Below are positions 39,830 to 48,123 of a stretch of 52,309 nt of DNA, in pieces. Location of the stretch: the NCBI GenBank assembly GCA_025449485.1, contig JANWJG010000100.1, positions 1 to 52,309 of the forward strand, given 5' to 3'. The notes under the pieces were generated by a model. It was given only the letters and a program-made list of their open reading frames with translations, had not been told where the DNA came from and did not search any database. The stretch comes from Nitrosotalea sp. GTDB taxonomy: Archaea > Thermoproteota > Nitrososphaeria > Nitrososphaerales > Nitrosopumilaceae. The position numbers and the translations under genes are program-made. Every line of letters starts with the position of its first letter. Position 1 is the first letter of the stretch.

Positions 39830-39847
39830 GGGAACCAAACCAAGTGA
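39830..39847. repeat. motif B copy 2 (GGGAACCAAACCAAGTGA)
   Basis: 16/18 identity with 38672..38689. Confidence 0.6.
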
Positions 39848-39860
39848 ACAATTACCTCCG

Positions 39861-39878
39861 TGAGTCTTACAGGACTCA
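39861..39878. repeat. motif A copy 2, pseudo-palindrome TGAGTCTT-AC-AGGACTCA
   Basis: Contains GAGTCTTACAG; 8-bp arms with one mismatch around central AC. Confidence 0.75.
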
Positions 39879-39995
39879 AACCTGAGACTTTAAAATTATA
39901 GTCGTCTTTTAGTTGGTCTGTAATCACATATTGTCATCATTACTGAAAACCTAGATCTTGTTTAATAATAAGAAATGATAAAGTAAAAAAGTAAT

Positions 39996-40169
39996 ATGAC
40001 TAGGGACATGAGGGGAATTTGTGTCGAATGTGGATTTCAAGTCCGAGGCGATACATTAGACGATTTAGATGAGAGCTTTACATTACATTTTGAAAATGAT
40101 GGCCATGATACCTACTACTTTGTAGATAAAGAAGGCAAAAAAATAGAAAGAGATGTTTCTAAATTATGA
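39996..40169 (+). CDS. 57-aa putative C2H2-type zinc-finger microprotein (not in ORF track)
   Basis: MTRDMRGICVECGFQVRGDTLDDLDESFTLHFENDGHDTYYFVDKEGKKIERDVSKL*; CxxC...H-x5-H; TTTAATA upstream. Confidence 0.6.
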   Translation: MTRDMRGICVECGFQVRGDTLDDLDESFTLHFENDGHDTYYFVDKEGKKIERDVSKL

Positions 40170-40271
40170 CCATCTTTTGACTGGATCGTAATTGTTTGTA
40201 ATAAAAAATGTAAAAGTTTTACAGATATTCAATTAGAATCTTAATTAACTTGATTTCAATACTTGATTTCT

Positions 40272-40403
40272 ATGGATGCTTCTCATATCAGTCCATCAAT
40301 TTTAATGGGCATAGTTGTAGTGACTATTATTATTGGGATAATGCTTGGCTTTTTTGCCTACAAATCTAGTAAAAACAGAAAGAAGAAAACTCGCCGTTCA
40401 TAA
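40272..40403 (+). CDS. 43-aa single-TM microprotein with basic tail (not in ORF track)
   Basis: MDASHISPSILMGIVVVTIIIGIMLGFFAYKSSKNRKKKTRRS*. Confidence 0.55.
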   Translation: MDASHISPSILMGIVVVTIIIGIMLGFFAYKSSKNRKKKTRRS

Positions 40404-40469
40404 ATTTCTACCAATCAATGTGTAACACCAAGAAAAATAAAAGTATGTATCGTACTACAAATTTGTAGC

Positions 40470-40484
40470 GAGTCTTACAGAATT
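40470..40484. repeat. motif A copy 3 (GAGTCTTACAGAATT)
   Basis: 15/15 identical to 38638..38652; abuts the stop codon of the COG4705 gene. Confidence 0.75.
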
Positions 40485-40485
40485 T

Positions 40486-41268
40486 TCAAGTCTGTTTTCT
40501 AATGACGTCTTTTTTTGTTATCGTTAGATAGATGACTGTAGCCAAGATCGTAGCAAGGAAAATCATACTTGTGATTACAGTTCCCAATCCCAAACCGCCG
40601 TTGCCCAAATCTTGCGAGAGGTAGTCACCTATCGAAGCCCCAAGAGGACGAGTTAGGATGTATGCTATCCAAAATGCCAAGATAGCATTTACCTTGAAAA
40701 CAAAATGACTTATTGCAACAGATGCAATCAGAACTCCAAAAATGATTGCAGAGAGCAAGTATCCCAGGTTTATTGTCTCAGCTAATAGGTCCCCTGCGGC
40801 GGTTCCAAGTGCAAATGTAAACAGAATTGCTAGCCAATAAAACGCCTCTCTTTTGGTAGTGATGATTGTATGTATTGACAAAGTTTTTTCTTTCTTATAC
40901 CAAACAGCGAATGTTATTGAAAGCGAGATGGCAAAGATTATGGTAGTGACCGTCAAAGGTATGCCAAGGTTATCAGTCAAATTGTCTGTGATGAGAGTAC
41001 CTACTATGCTTATTAGAACAACTGCAAGCCAATAGATTCCAGGAACATATTTTTTTAATTTGAACTGAAAGACCAGCGCTACAGCAAGCATTGTTCCAAT
41101 GATTAACGTTACACCGTCAAGTCCAAGATTCAAATTCGTATTCAAAAAATCTGCGCCTGTCTCACCAACAGTGGTGCATAAGATCTTGATTATCCAAAAG
41201 AACAACGTAATCTCGGGCACCTTGTTTAGCATTAATTGAGCCCCTGACTGATGATCTTTATCTTTCAT
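40486..41268 (-). CDS. COG4705 (DUF347-repeat) integral membrane protein
   Basis: 'NKVPEITLFFWIIKILCTTVGETGAD', 'REAFYWLAILFTFALGTAAGD', 'FWIAYILTRPLGASIGD'. Confidence 0.88.
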   Translation of the reverse strand: MKDKDHQSGAQLMLNKVPEITLFFWIIKILCTTVGETGADFLNTNLNLGLDGVTLIIGTMLAVALVFQFKLKKYVPGIYWLAVVLISIVGTLITDNLTDNLGIPLTVTTIIFAISLSITFAVWYKKEKTLSIHTIITTKREAFYWLAILFTFALGTAAGDLLAETINLGYLLSAIIFGVLIASVAISHFVFKVNAILAFWIAYILTRPLGASIGDYLSQDLGNGGLGLGTVITSMIFLATILATVIYLTITKKDVIRKQT

Positions 41269-41358
41269 TTTCTTTCACTATGTATGTGGCTGATATTAAT
41301 TAGAACAATAAATAGTTCACGCATCTTTTTTTGCAATATGATGTTTTTCTATTGATTC

Positions 41359-41392
41359 TGTATATTATGATATAGGTACACTTGCCTAAGTG
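41359..41392 (-). promoter_or_regulatory. motif C copy 2 (TGTATATTATGATATAGGTACACTTGCCTAAGTG)
   Basis: 30/34 identical to copy 1; upstream of the COG4705 gene. Confidence 0.7.
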
Positions 41393-41490
41393 ACGAAATA
41401 GTATTCATACGGCTTGAAAATTTCAACGGTCTAAAATTGAAAAAGAAAATTTGGAAATAAAATTAAAAAATAGAGAAATAATGAATTCCT

Positions 41491-41814
41491 CTACTTTTTC
41501 AGTTCAGTCTGGTCTTTTTGATCTCCATCTCCGTCACCAGTCGGTCCTTCCTTTGCACTGTTATGGTCATCAGCTGTTTCTCCATCCTTTTGGTTGTCTG
41601 TACCGTTATCTGCCACATCTACTGCTCCATTTTGGCCATCTGGCTGGTCGGCTGCATTTGGAGTATCTGTTTGATCAACTGTTGTTGGTGTGGTTGATAT
41701 GGTTGGTTGAGCAAATACATTACTTGTCATTCCAAATCCAATGGCTATTACTGCTATTGCCACCAGTGGAATTGCCAAGAGTATTTTTTTGCTTGTCATG
41801 TTGTGTCGTTTCAC
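41491..41814 (-). CDS. secreted acidic low-complexity protein (Asp-rich, putative cation binding)
   Basis: Signal peptide '...NVFA|Q', then 'DNGTDNQKDGETADD', 'GDGDGDQKDQ'. Confidence 0.75.
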   Translation of the reverse strand: MKRHNMTSKKILLAIPLVAIAVIAIGFGMTSNVFAQPTISTTPTTVDQTDTPNAADQPDGQNGAVDVADNGTDNQKDGETADDHNSAKEGPTGDGDGDQKDQTELKK

Positions 41815-41838
41815 CTCGAAACTATGGATATCAAATTT

Positions 41839-41872
41839 TGTATATTATAATTGAGGAACATTCAACTAACTT
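41839..41872 (-). promoter_or_regulatory. motif C copy 3 (degenerate)
   Basis: 24/34 ungapped identity to copy 2; its TATA-like part lies ~27 bp upstream of start 41814. Confidence 0.55.
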
Positions 41873-41914
41873 TGGTCAAGTTTGCTATCATGAAATTGAA
41901 TATTATAGTGTCAA

Positions 41915-41936
41915 CACTTAGCTGATTGTACCTATA
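41915..41936 (+). promoter_or_regulatory. motif C copy 4 (opposite orientation) upstream of the wHTH regulator
   Basis: CACTTAGCTGATTGTACCTATA is 18/22 identical to the reverse complement of copy 2 (CACTTAGGCAAGTGTACCTATA). Confidence 0.55.
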
Positions 41937-41988
41937 ATGTCATTACTCTTTAGTATGGCAAGTCACTAGTGGTAGAAGGAGAAGACTG

Positions 41989-42540
41989 TTGCGAAATGAA
42001 AAGAATGAGGATGACTCTGAAAATAGAAAACGCATATACGATTACATTAAAAAAAATCCTGGTGCGCATCTTAGAATGATTACAAGAGAATTAGAAGTAG
42101 GCATGGGTGCAACTCAGCATCACTTGGATATTTTGGAAAAATCTGGAAAAGTAAGATCAAGGAGAATTAATATCTACAAGCACTATTATGCAATTGAAGT
42201 ATTAGAGGCAGAACATGCCATTCTTGCCTTTTTAAGACAAGAAACAGCCATGGATATTCTTACATATCTAATGGAACATCCCAAGTCTACTCAAAGTGAT
42301 ATCATTAATTTCAAGGGTTTTTCTGCACCTACAATAAGCTGGCACATGACTAGACTTGAAGAAGCTGGATTGATCAATTCCATAAAAGATGGTAGAACAG
42401 TACGATATACGATATCTGACATGCAAAGTATATTTGCTGCCCTTAAGACGTATCATCCAAATGTTTGGGATAAGATGTTGAGTAGATTTGCAGATCTATT
42501 CCTGCAGATATCTTCAAAGACAGTGGAGAAGGATGATTAA
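41989..42540 (+). CDS. double winged-helix transcriptional regulator (COG3398-like)
   Basis: Two HTH units: 'RKRIYDYIKKNPGAHLRMITREL...QHHLDILE..G' and 'ILTYLMEHP..TQSDI......TISWHM.RLEEAGLI'. Confidence 0.85.
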   Translation: MRNEKNEDDSENRKRIYDYIKKNPGAHLRMITRELEVGMGATQHHLDILEKSGKVRSRRINIYKHYYAIEVLEAEHAILAFLRQETAMDILTYLMEHPKSTQSDIINFKGFSAPTISWHMTRLEEAGLINSIKDGRTVRYTISDMQSIFAALKTYHPNVWDKMLSRFADLFLQISSKTVEKDD

Positions 42541-42863
42541 TGTTACAACATATTTTGTTTGCAATTTCTGGTATGAGTGAAATAGGCACAGAAGGACCAG
42601 ACCTCTCAGAATCTCTAGATTTTGCAACTGGAATATTTGCCGCATTTTTATTTGCAGTGTCATTATTTGCATATAGGCGTACCAAATTGACAAGACTTCT
42701 TTTTGTCAGTGCGGCTTTTGGACTGTATGCATTTAGGGCAATATTGCCAAGATTAGACATTTATCTCCCGTCGGTAGAAGCAACAACTATTACCGCCATA
42801 TTATCCTCAATAGGATTTGTTATTCTTGCATTATTCTTTATTGCAATAGTAAAGAAGAGATGA
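42540..42863 (+). CDS. small 3-TM membrane protein translationally coupled to the regulator
   Basis: TAATG stop/start overlap; 'SLFAYRRTKLTRLLFVSAAFGLYA' and three hydrophobic helices. Confidence 0.75.
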   Translation: MLQHILFAISGMSEIGTEGPDLSESLDFATGIFAAFLFAVSLFAYRRTKLTRLLFVSAAFGLYAFRAILPRLDIYLPSVEATTITAILSSIGFVILALFFIAIVKKR

Positions 42864-42899
42864 GAGATAAATTAGAAAAATTTTGACTAGGTAAAGGTT

Positions 42900-43451
42900 C
42901 TAGACTGTCATGAGATACTTGAACAAGTACAATCCGCCTATTGTTGCAATGACATACACCATAGGTTTCCATGCTAGTACTGGAAAACTTGGAGTTGCAA
43001 GTTTAACCTTGTAATTGTCAAGAACAGTATTGACATACTTTCTTATTCGTTCATTCCAGATCTTGTATTCTATCTGGTGTTTTTTTAGCAATGTCTCTAT
43101 CTCATAAAATACTGGAGTTCTTTGGCAGAAAAGATGTTGTAGATAATCACGTGACACCTCTACCTCTCCTTGAATTGCAACAAAGCCCTTCTTCATTTCT
43201 AATAGTCTTACGTGCATCTCCCATGGCTTTTTTAGCTTAAGAGAAAGGCCGCTACCGATTTGTGTTTCTTGCTTGTGTTCAAATTTTACGTGAGTGAAAC
43301 CTTCATTTGAAAAGATCTTTAGCAGTTCTTCTACACTTTTCTTTACAACTATGGTAAGCTGTTCTACGCCTTTTGTGTCCACCATGACTTTGTCTTTTTT
43401 ACCATCTGGGAAAGACATTGTCTTGGGATATTTCGTAAGAAACTCTACCAT
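42900..43451 (-). CDS. hypothetical protein with C-terminal TM
   Basis: 183 aa, ATG start, 'PWEMHVRL', hydrophobic C-terminus. Confidence 0.7.
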   Translation of the reverse strand: MVEFLTKYPKTMSFPDGKKDKVMVDTKGVEQLTIVVKKSVEELLKIFSNEGFTHVKFEHKQETQIGSGLSLKLKKPWEMHVRLLEMKKGFVAIQGEVEVSRDYLQHLFCQRTPVFYEIETLLKKHQIEYKIWNERIRKYVNTVLDNYKVKLATPSFPVLAWKPMVYVIATIGGLYLFKYLMTV

Positions 43452-43492
43452 AGCTTGGCGTCTCTTCCAGCCATATTAAAACTATAGTTGCC

Positions 43493-44263
43493 TTAATTTC
43501 GTGTTCCTAGTCCACGAACATAGACACACTGTTCGTAGGATATTGCCATTTCATTCTCTCCTATTCTTCTATCTGTTAGTCTTGCGTCTGAATTTCTTAT
43601 CAGGACACATGGGGTTGCGTCAGAGCCTTCGCCCATCTTCAGGTTTGCAATTGATGCAAGATCATCTGCAACTGCTTGAAAAGTCACCCTGAGAACATTG
43701 CCGTACAAGTCTCTTTCACCTCGAAGATCCGATGTAGGCTCGATACCAGAACAAGATATTGCAACTCCCACAGTTCCAACTCTTCCGGGCATTAGTCTAC
43801 TGTCTGCAATGATGATACCTACATGCACGTTATATCTTAACAGAAATTTTCTTCTAAGATCATCTGCTCCGCGATATGGTTCAGTCGGATACAAAACTAT
43901 TGTTCCATTCTTTGTGTTGGACTTGTCTATTCCGGCATTTGGTGCCATGATATTGTCTGATGATGTAATTACAAATCCTGGGATTCCACCAAATATGGTA
44001 TCTGATTCTCTCAAAATTATTTCTGCAATGTTTGGTTTTATGCGAAATTTTTTACCAACTTGTTCTGCATCAGAAGAAGGCACGACCTTGTTGTACTCTA
44101 TGACTCTGCCTTGTGAGTTTGCAACATACTTGCTTGAAATTACTAGCACATCTCCAGTTTGAGGACTGATGCCTGCATTTTCCAGATCTGTTACAAGACT
44201 TGCAAACAAGTCAAATGGTTCTTTCTTTAATGTTGATTTTACAGGTAATACTGTAAGAGACAT
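43493..44263 (-). CDS. cofE: coenzyme F420-0:L-glutamate ligase
   Basis: 'GDVLVISSK', 'NAGIDKSN', 'IIADS', 'D.RGERDLYG..L.VT..AVADDLAS.ANL.MGE'. Confidence 0.88.
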   Translation of the reverse strand: MSLTVLPVKSTLKKEPFDLFASLVTDLENAGISPQTGDVLVISSKYVANSQGRVIEYNKVVPSSDAEQVGKKFRIKPNIAEIILRESDTIFGGIPGFVITSSDNIMAPNAGIDKSNTKNGTIVLYPTEPYRGADDLRRKFLLRYNVHVGIIIADSRLMPGRVGTVGVAISCSGIEPTSDLRGERDLYGNVLRVTFQAVADDLASIANLKMGEGSDATPCVLIRNSDARLTDRRIGENEMAISYEQCVYVRGLGTRN

Positions 44264-44333
44264 GCCTATTTTTAAATGACAATCACTATTTAGGGTTCTG
44301 CAAACATTTTAATTTCTTGCAAGTTGATTTTCG

Positions 44334-45608
44334 ATGTTGAACATTACTGAAAAGATCCTAGCTCGTGCTTCTGGAAAGAAAGAAGTTTCGCCAGGGGATG
44401 TAGTTTTTGTTAATGTAGATAAAGTGATGGTTCACGATGTATCAGGACCCGGAGTGTTGGCAGTATTTGAAAAACTACGAAAGAAAGGAATGGTTATTGA
44501 CAAAGTATGGAATCCAGACAAGGTGTGGGTTGCAGAAGATCACTTTGTACCTGCAGCAGACAAGATATCTGCACAAAATATTGTATTACTAACAAATTTC
44601 ACAAAGCAATTTGGAATCAAAAAGCATTTCAAATATGGAATGGGTCAGTACGGCATATGCCATACGCTATCTCATGAAGAGGCGATGGTGCTTCCAGGTG
44701 AGGTGTATGTTGGAGGAGACTCTCACACAAATACCACTGGTGCACTAGGTGCATTTGCAGCAGGCCTTGGACATACTGATGTTGCATATGTTTTGTTGAA
44801 TGGAAAAATATGGTTCAAGGTGCCTGAGACATTATTTTTCAAGATAAATGGAAAACTTCCAGATCATGTGATGGCAAAAGATTTGATACTAAAAATAATT
44901 GGCGACATTGGAACTGATGGTGCTGCATACAAGACCATGCAATTTGGAGGTACAGGTGTATCTGAAATGTCTGTTGAGAGCAGATTGACATTGACAAACA
45001 TGACAACAGAGGCTGGTGCAAAAAGCGGTATAGTGGAACCTGATCAAAAAATACGGGACTATCTTGCAGCCAGGGGTGTCACTAGATATGATGAAGTTCA
45101 TGGTGATGCTGATGCACAGTATGAAAAAATTTACGAGTATGAAGGCTCAGAAATGGAACCTATTGTGGCAAAACCATTCTCACCTGAAAATACTGTTGTT
45201 GCACGTGACTTGTCTTCAGTTGAACTTGATAAAGCATACATTGGCTCTTGTACTGGTGCAAAGCTAGAAGATTTGCAAGCAGCAGCAAAAATTCTCAAAG
45301 GAAGAACAGTAAAGATAAGAACTGAGATCTTGCCTGCAGCAATGTCGATATTTAGAAAAGCAATGGATGAGGGATTGTTGAAAATTTTCATGGATGCCGG
45401 AGTAGTTGTAGGACCACCTACCTGTGGTGCATGCTGTGGAGCTCACATGGGTGTATTGGCAAAAGATGAAATTTGTATTAGTACCACAAATAGGAACTTT
45501 CCAGGAAGAATGGGACATGTTGAATCACAAACATATCTTGCATCACCACTTGTTGCAGCAGCATCTGCTGTAACTGGAAAAATTACTGACCCGAGGGATC
45601 TAAAATGA
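44334..45608 (+). CDS. hacA: homoaconitase/3-isopropylmalate dehydratase large subunit, archaeal type (probably homoaconitase)
   Basis: 424 aa, 'DSHT', 'IGSCT', 'CGACCG', 'STTNRNFPGRMG'. Confidence 0.8.
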   Translation: MLNITEKILARASGKKEVSPGDVVFVNVDKVMVHDVSGPGVLAVFEKLRKKGMVIDKVWNPDKVWVAEDHFVPAADKISAQNIVLLTNFTKQFGIKKHFKYGMGQYGICHTLSHEEAMVLPGEVYVGGDSHTNTTGALGAFAAGLGHTDVAYVLLNGKIWFKVPETLFFKINGKLPDHVMAKDLILKIIGDIGTDGAAYKTMQFGGTGVSEMSVESRLTLTNMTTEAGAKSGIVEPDQKIRDYLAARGVTRYDEVHGDADAQYEKIYEYEGSEMEPIVAKPFSPENTVVARDLSSVELDKAYIGSCTGAKLEDLQAAAKILKGRTVKIRTEILPAAMSIFRKAMDEGLLKIFMDAGVVVGPPTCGACCGAHMGVLAKDEICISTTNRNFPGRMGHVESQTYLASPLVAAASAVTGKITDPRDLK

Positions 45609-46087
45609 AAGGCTCTGTAATAAAATACGAACGTGATAACATTGACACTGATGTAATCTTGCCAGGACCGTATCTTAAGATTCATGATTATGCAGAATTA
45701 GCAACACATGCGATGGAGGGACTAGACAAGGACTTTCACAAGCGAGTCAAACCAGGTGATTTTATAGTTGCAGGGAAAAACTTTGGATGTGGCTCTTCTA
45801 GAGAACACGCACCAATAGCACTGTCTTATTCTGGAATAAAGGCAGTATTGGCACTGTCTTTTGCAAGAATATTTTACAGAAATGCAGTAGATGGAGCATT
45901 TTTGCTACCAATTGAGATTGATGAAAGTGCATACAAGGACATCTCTGACAGTGACTCACTTGAAGTAAACATTTCTGCAAATGAAATAAAGAACTTGACC
46001 AAGAACAAGGTCTACAAAATGAAGCCTTTCCCAGAACTAATTGGCAAAATAATAGAAGCTGGCGGTCTATTCAATTACAAGCCCTAG
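45605..46087 (+). CDS. hacB: homoaconitase/IPM dehydratase small subunit, archaeal type
   Basis: 'NIDTDVILPGPYLKI', 'NFGCGSSREHA', 'FARIFYRN'. Confidence 0.8.
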   Translation: MKGSVIKYERDNIDTDVILPGPYLKIHDYAELATHAMEGLDKDFHKRVKPGDFIVAGKNFGCGSSREHAPIALSYSGIKAVLALSFARIFYRNAVDGAFLLPIEIDESAYKDISDSDSLEVNISANEIKNLTKNKVYKMKPFPELIGKIIEAGGLFNYKP

Positions 46088-46136
46088 CTTTTGGTTCTTA
46101 TACTATTATATCTCCGATCTTGATCATATTATCTAA

Positions 46137-47549
46137 ATGTCAAAGACTTTGTTTGAGAAAATTTGGGACTCTCATATTGTAACAGAAGAAAATGGTAGAT
46201 CACTACTCTATGTTGACAGACATCTTGTTCATGAAGTTACATCTCCGCAAGCCTTTGAAGGTTTACGTCTAAACGGGAGAAAAGTTAGACGCACTGATCT
46301 TACATTTGCGACAATGGACCACAACGTACCAACCAGTGACAGGTCATTGCCAATCATAGATCAAACATCATCAACACAAATCAAGACACTTGAAAAAAAC
46401 TGTAAAGAATTTGGAATCACTTTATTTGATATCAACAGTCCAAATCAGGGTATAGTACACGTGATAGGTCCTGAATTAGGAATAACACTTCCGGGAACAA
46501 CTATTGTTTGTGGTGATAGTCATACTTCTACACATGGAGCCTTTGGCTCACTTGCCTTTGGAATAGGCACAAGTGATGTGGAGCATGTCTTGGCAACTCA
46601 ATGTATCATGATGGAAAAACCAAAAACTTTTGAAATAAATATCAAGGGAAAAAGGAAAAACCCTCATGCGGTAACTGCAAAAGATATCATTTTGTCCATA
46701 ATTAAAAAAATTGGCACTGCTGGAGGAACAGGGACAGTGATTGAATATCGTGGAGATACCATATCTGAATTGACAATGGAGCAGAGAATGACCATATGTA
46801 ACATGTCAATTGAGGCAGGAGCACGAGCCGGATTGATTGCCCCTGATGAGAAAACATTCCAATATCTTCGTGGAAGAAAATATGCCCCAGAAAATTATGA
46901 TGAATATGTAAACCTCTGGCGTGAAAATCTAAAATCAGATAGCAGTGCACAATTTGACAAATCTTTTACATTTAGTGCAGAAAACATTGCCCCTCAAGTA
47001 TCCTGGGGAACAAATCCTGCAATGACAACTGATGTTACAGATATCGTTCCGTTTCCAGAAGAATATGGAGGAGGAAATACTGAGGAAGAAAAAGGCGCTG
47101 CAAAGGCATTACAGTACATGGATCTCAAACCAGGTACTGCAATTACTGACATTGTAATTGATAGAGTCTTCATTGGTTCATGTACAAATTCTAGACTAGA
47201 AGACTTGACAGAAGCTGCAAAAGTTGTAAAAGGGAAAAAGGTCTCTGCACGAGTCCGAGCAATGGTGGTACCAGGCTCACAACTTGTAAAGAAAAATGCA
47301 GAAGAACTAGGTCTTGATAAAATATTCAAAGATGCTGGATTTGAATGGCGAGAATCTGGATGCAGCATGTGTCTTGGCATGAATCCTGATATCTTGGCTG
47401 CAGGGGAACGATGTGCAAGTACTTCGAACAGAAACTTTGAGGGAAGACAAGGCACTGGAGGACGTACACATCTTGTTAGCCCTGTCATGGCGGCAGCTGC
47501 TGCAATACATGGACATTTTGTAGATGTAAGAGAATTGGATTTGAACTAG
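46137..47549 (+). CDS. leuC: 3-isopropylmalate dehydratase large subunit, bacterial type
   Basis: 'HEVTSPQAF', '[10 protein letters not shown]', 'IGSCTNSR', '[11 protein letters not shown]', '[11 protein letters not shown]'. Confidence 0.95.
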   Translation: MSKTLFEKIWDSHIVTEENGRSLLYVDRHLVHEVTSPQAFEGLRLNGRKVRRTDLTFATMDHNVPTSDRSLPIIDQTSSTQIKTLEKNCKEFGITLFDINSPNQGIVHVIGPELGITLPGTTIVCGDSHTSTHGAFGSLAFGIGTSDVEHVLATQCIMMEKPKTFEINIKGKRKNPHAVTAKDIILSIIKKIGTAGGTGTVIEYRGDTISELTMEQRMTICNMSIEAGARAGLIAPDEKTFQYLRGRKYAPENYDEYVNLWRENLKSDSSAQFDKSFTFSAENIAPQVSWGTNPAMTTDVTDIVPFPEEYGGGNTEEEKGAAKALQYMDLKPGTAITDIVIDRVFIGSCTNSRLEDLTEAAKVVKGKKVSARVRAMVVPGSQLVKKNAEELGLDKIFKDAGFEWRESGCSMCLGMNPDILAAGERCASTSNRNFEGRQGTGGRTHLVSPVMAAAAAIHGHFVDVRELDLN

Positions 47550-47550
47550 C

Positions 47551-48123
47551 ATGCAACCATTTACGAAAATAAAAAGCCTAGCCACTCCACTTGACAAGGT
47601 AAATGTTGATACTGATCAGATAGTGCCAAAACAATTTCTAAAATTAATCCAAAGAACTGGCTTTGGCCAATACTTGTTTTATGACTGGAGATATGAACAA
47701 GGCGGCATTGCAAGAAAAGATTTTGTCCTAAATGATCCTGCATACAAAAATTCTAGGATCTTGCTTGCAAGGGATAACTTTGGGTGTGGTTCAAGCAGGG
47801 AACATGCAGTGTGGGCACTTGATGACTATGGCTTTAAGGTGATAATCTCTACTTCTTTTGCAGACATATTCTACAATAACTGTTTCAAAAATGGTATCTT
47901 GCCAATACGCGTTCCAGATGACATACTAGAAAAATTATTTTCAACCAAGTCTGAAATTGAAGTAGATCTTCAAACTCAGTCAATCAAGGCAGACGGTATC
48001 TCAATTCCGTTTCAGATAGAACCACACTGGAAAAAGATCTTGCTTGAGGGACTAGATGATATCGCAATGACTCTACAACATGAAGACCAGATTGTAAAAT
48101 ATGAGAGATCTCACAAGGTCTAG
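47551..48123 (+). CDS. leuD: 3-isopropylmalate dehydratase small subunit, bacterial type
   Basis: 'NVDTDQIVPKQFLK', 'SFADIFYNNCFKNG', 'GLDDI'. Confidence 0.95.
   Translation: MQPFTKIKSLATPLDKVNVDTDQIVPKQFLKLIQRTGFGQYLFYDWRYEQGGIARKDFVLNDPAYKNSRILLARDNFGCGSSREHAVWALDDYGFKVIISTSFADIFYNNCFKNGILPIRVPDDILEKLFSTKSEIEVDLQTQSIKADGISIPFQIEPHWKKILLEGLDDIAMTLQHEDQIVKYERSHKV

Noticed and set aside
41451-41921. 156-aa plus-strand ORF
   Set aside because: Antisense shadow of the secreted acidic protein gene; it runs through the promoter motifs and has implausible composition.
38631-41936. Repeats in the island as a CRISPR array
   Set aside because: Copies are 11-34 bp, irregularly spaced by whole genes, belong to different families, and no cas genes are present.
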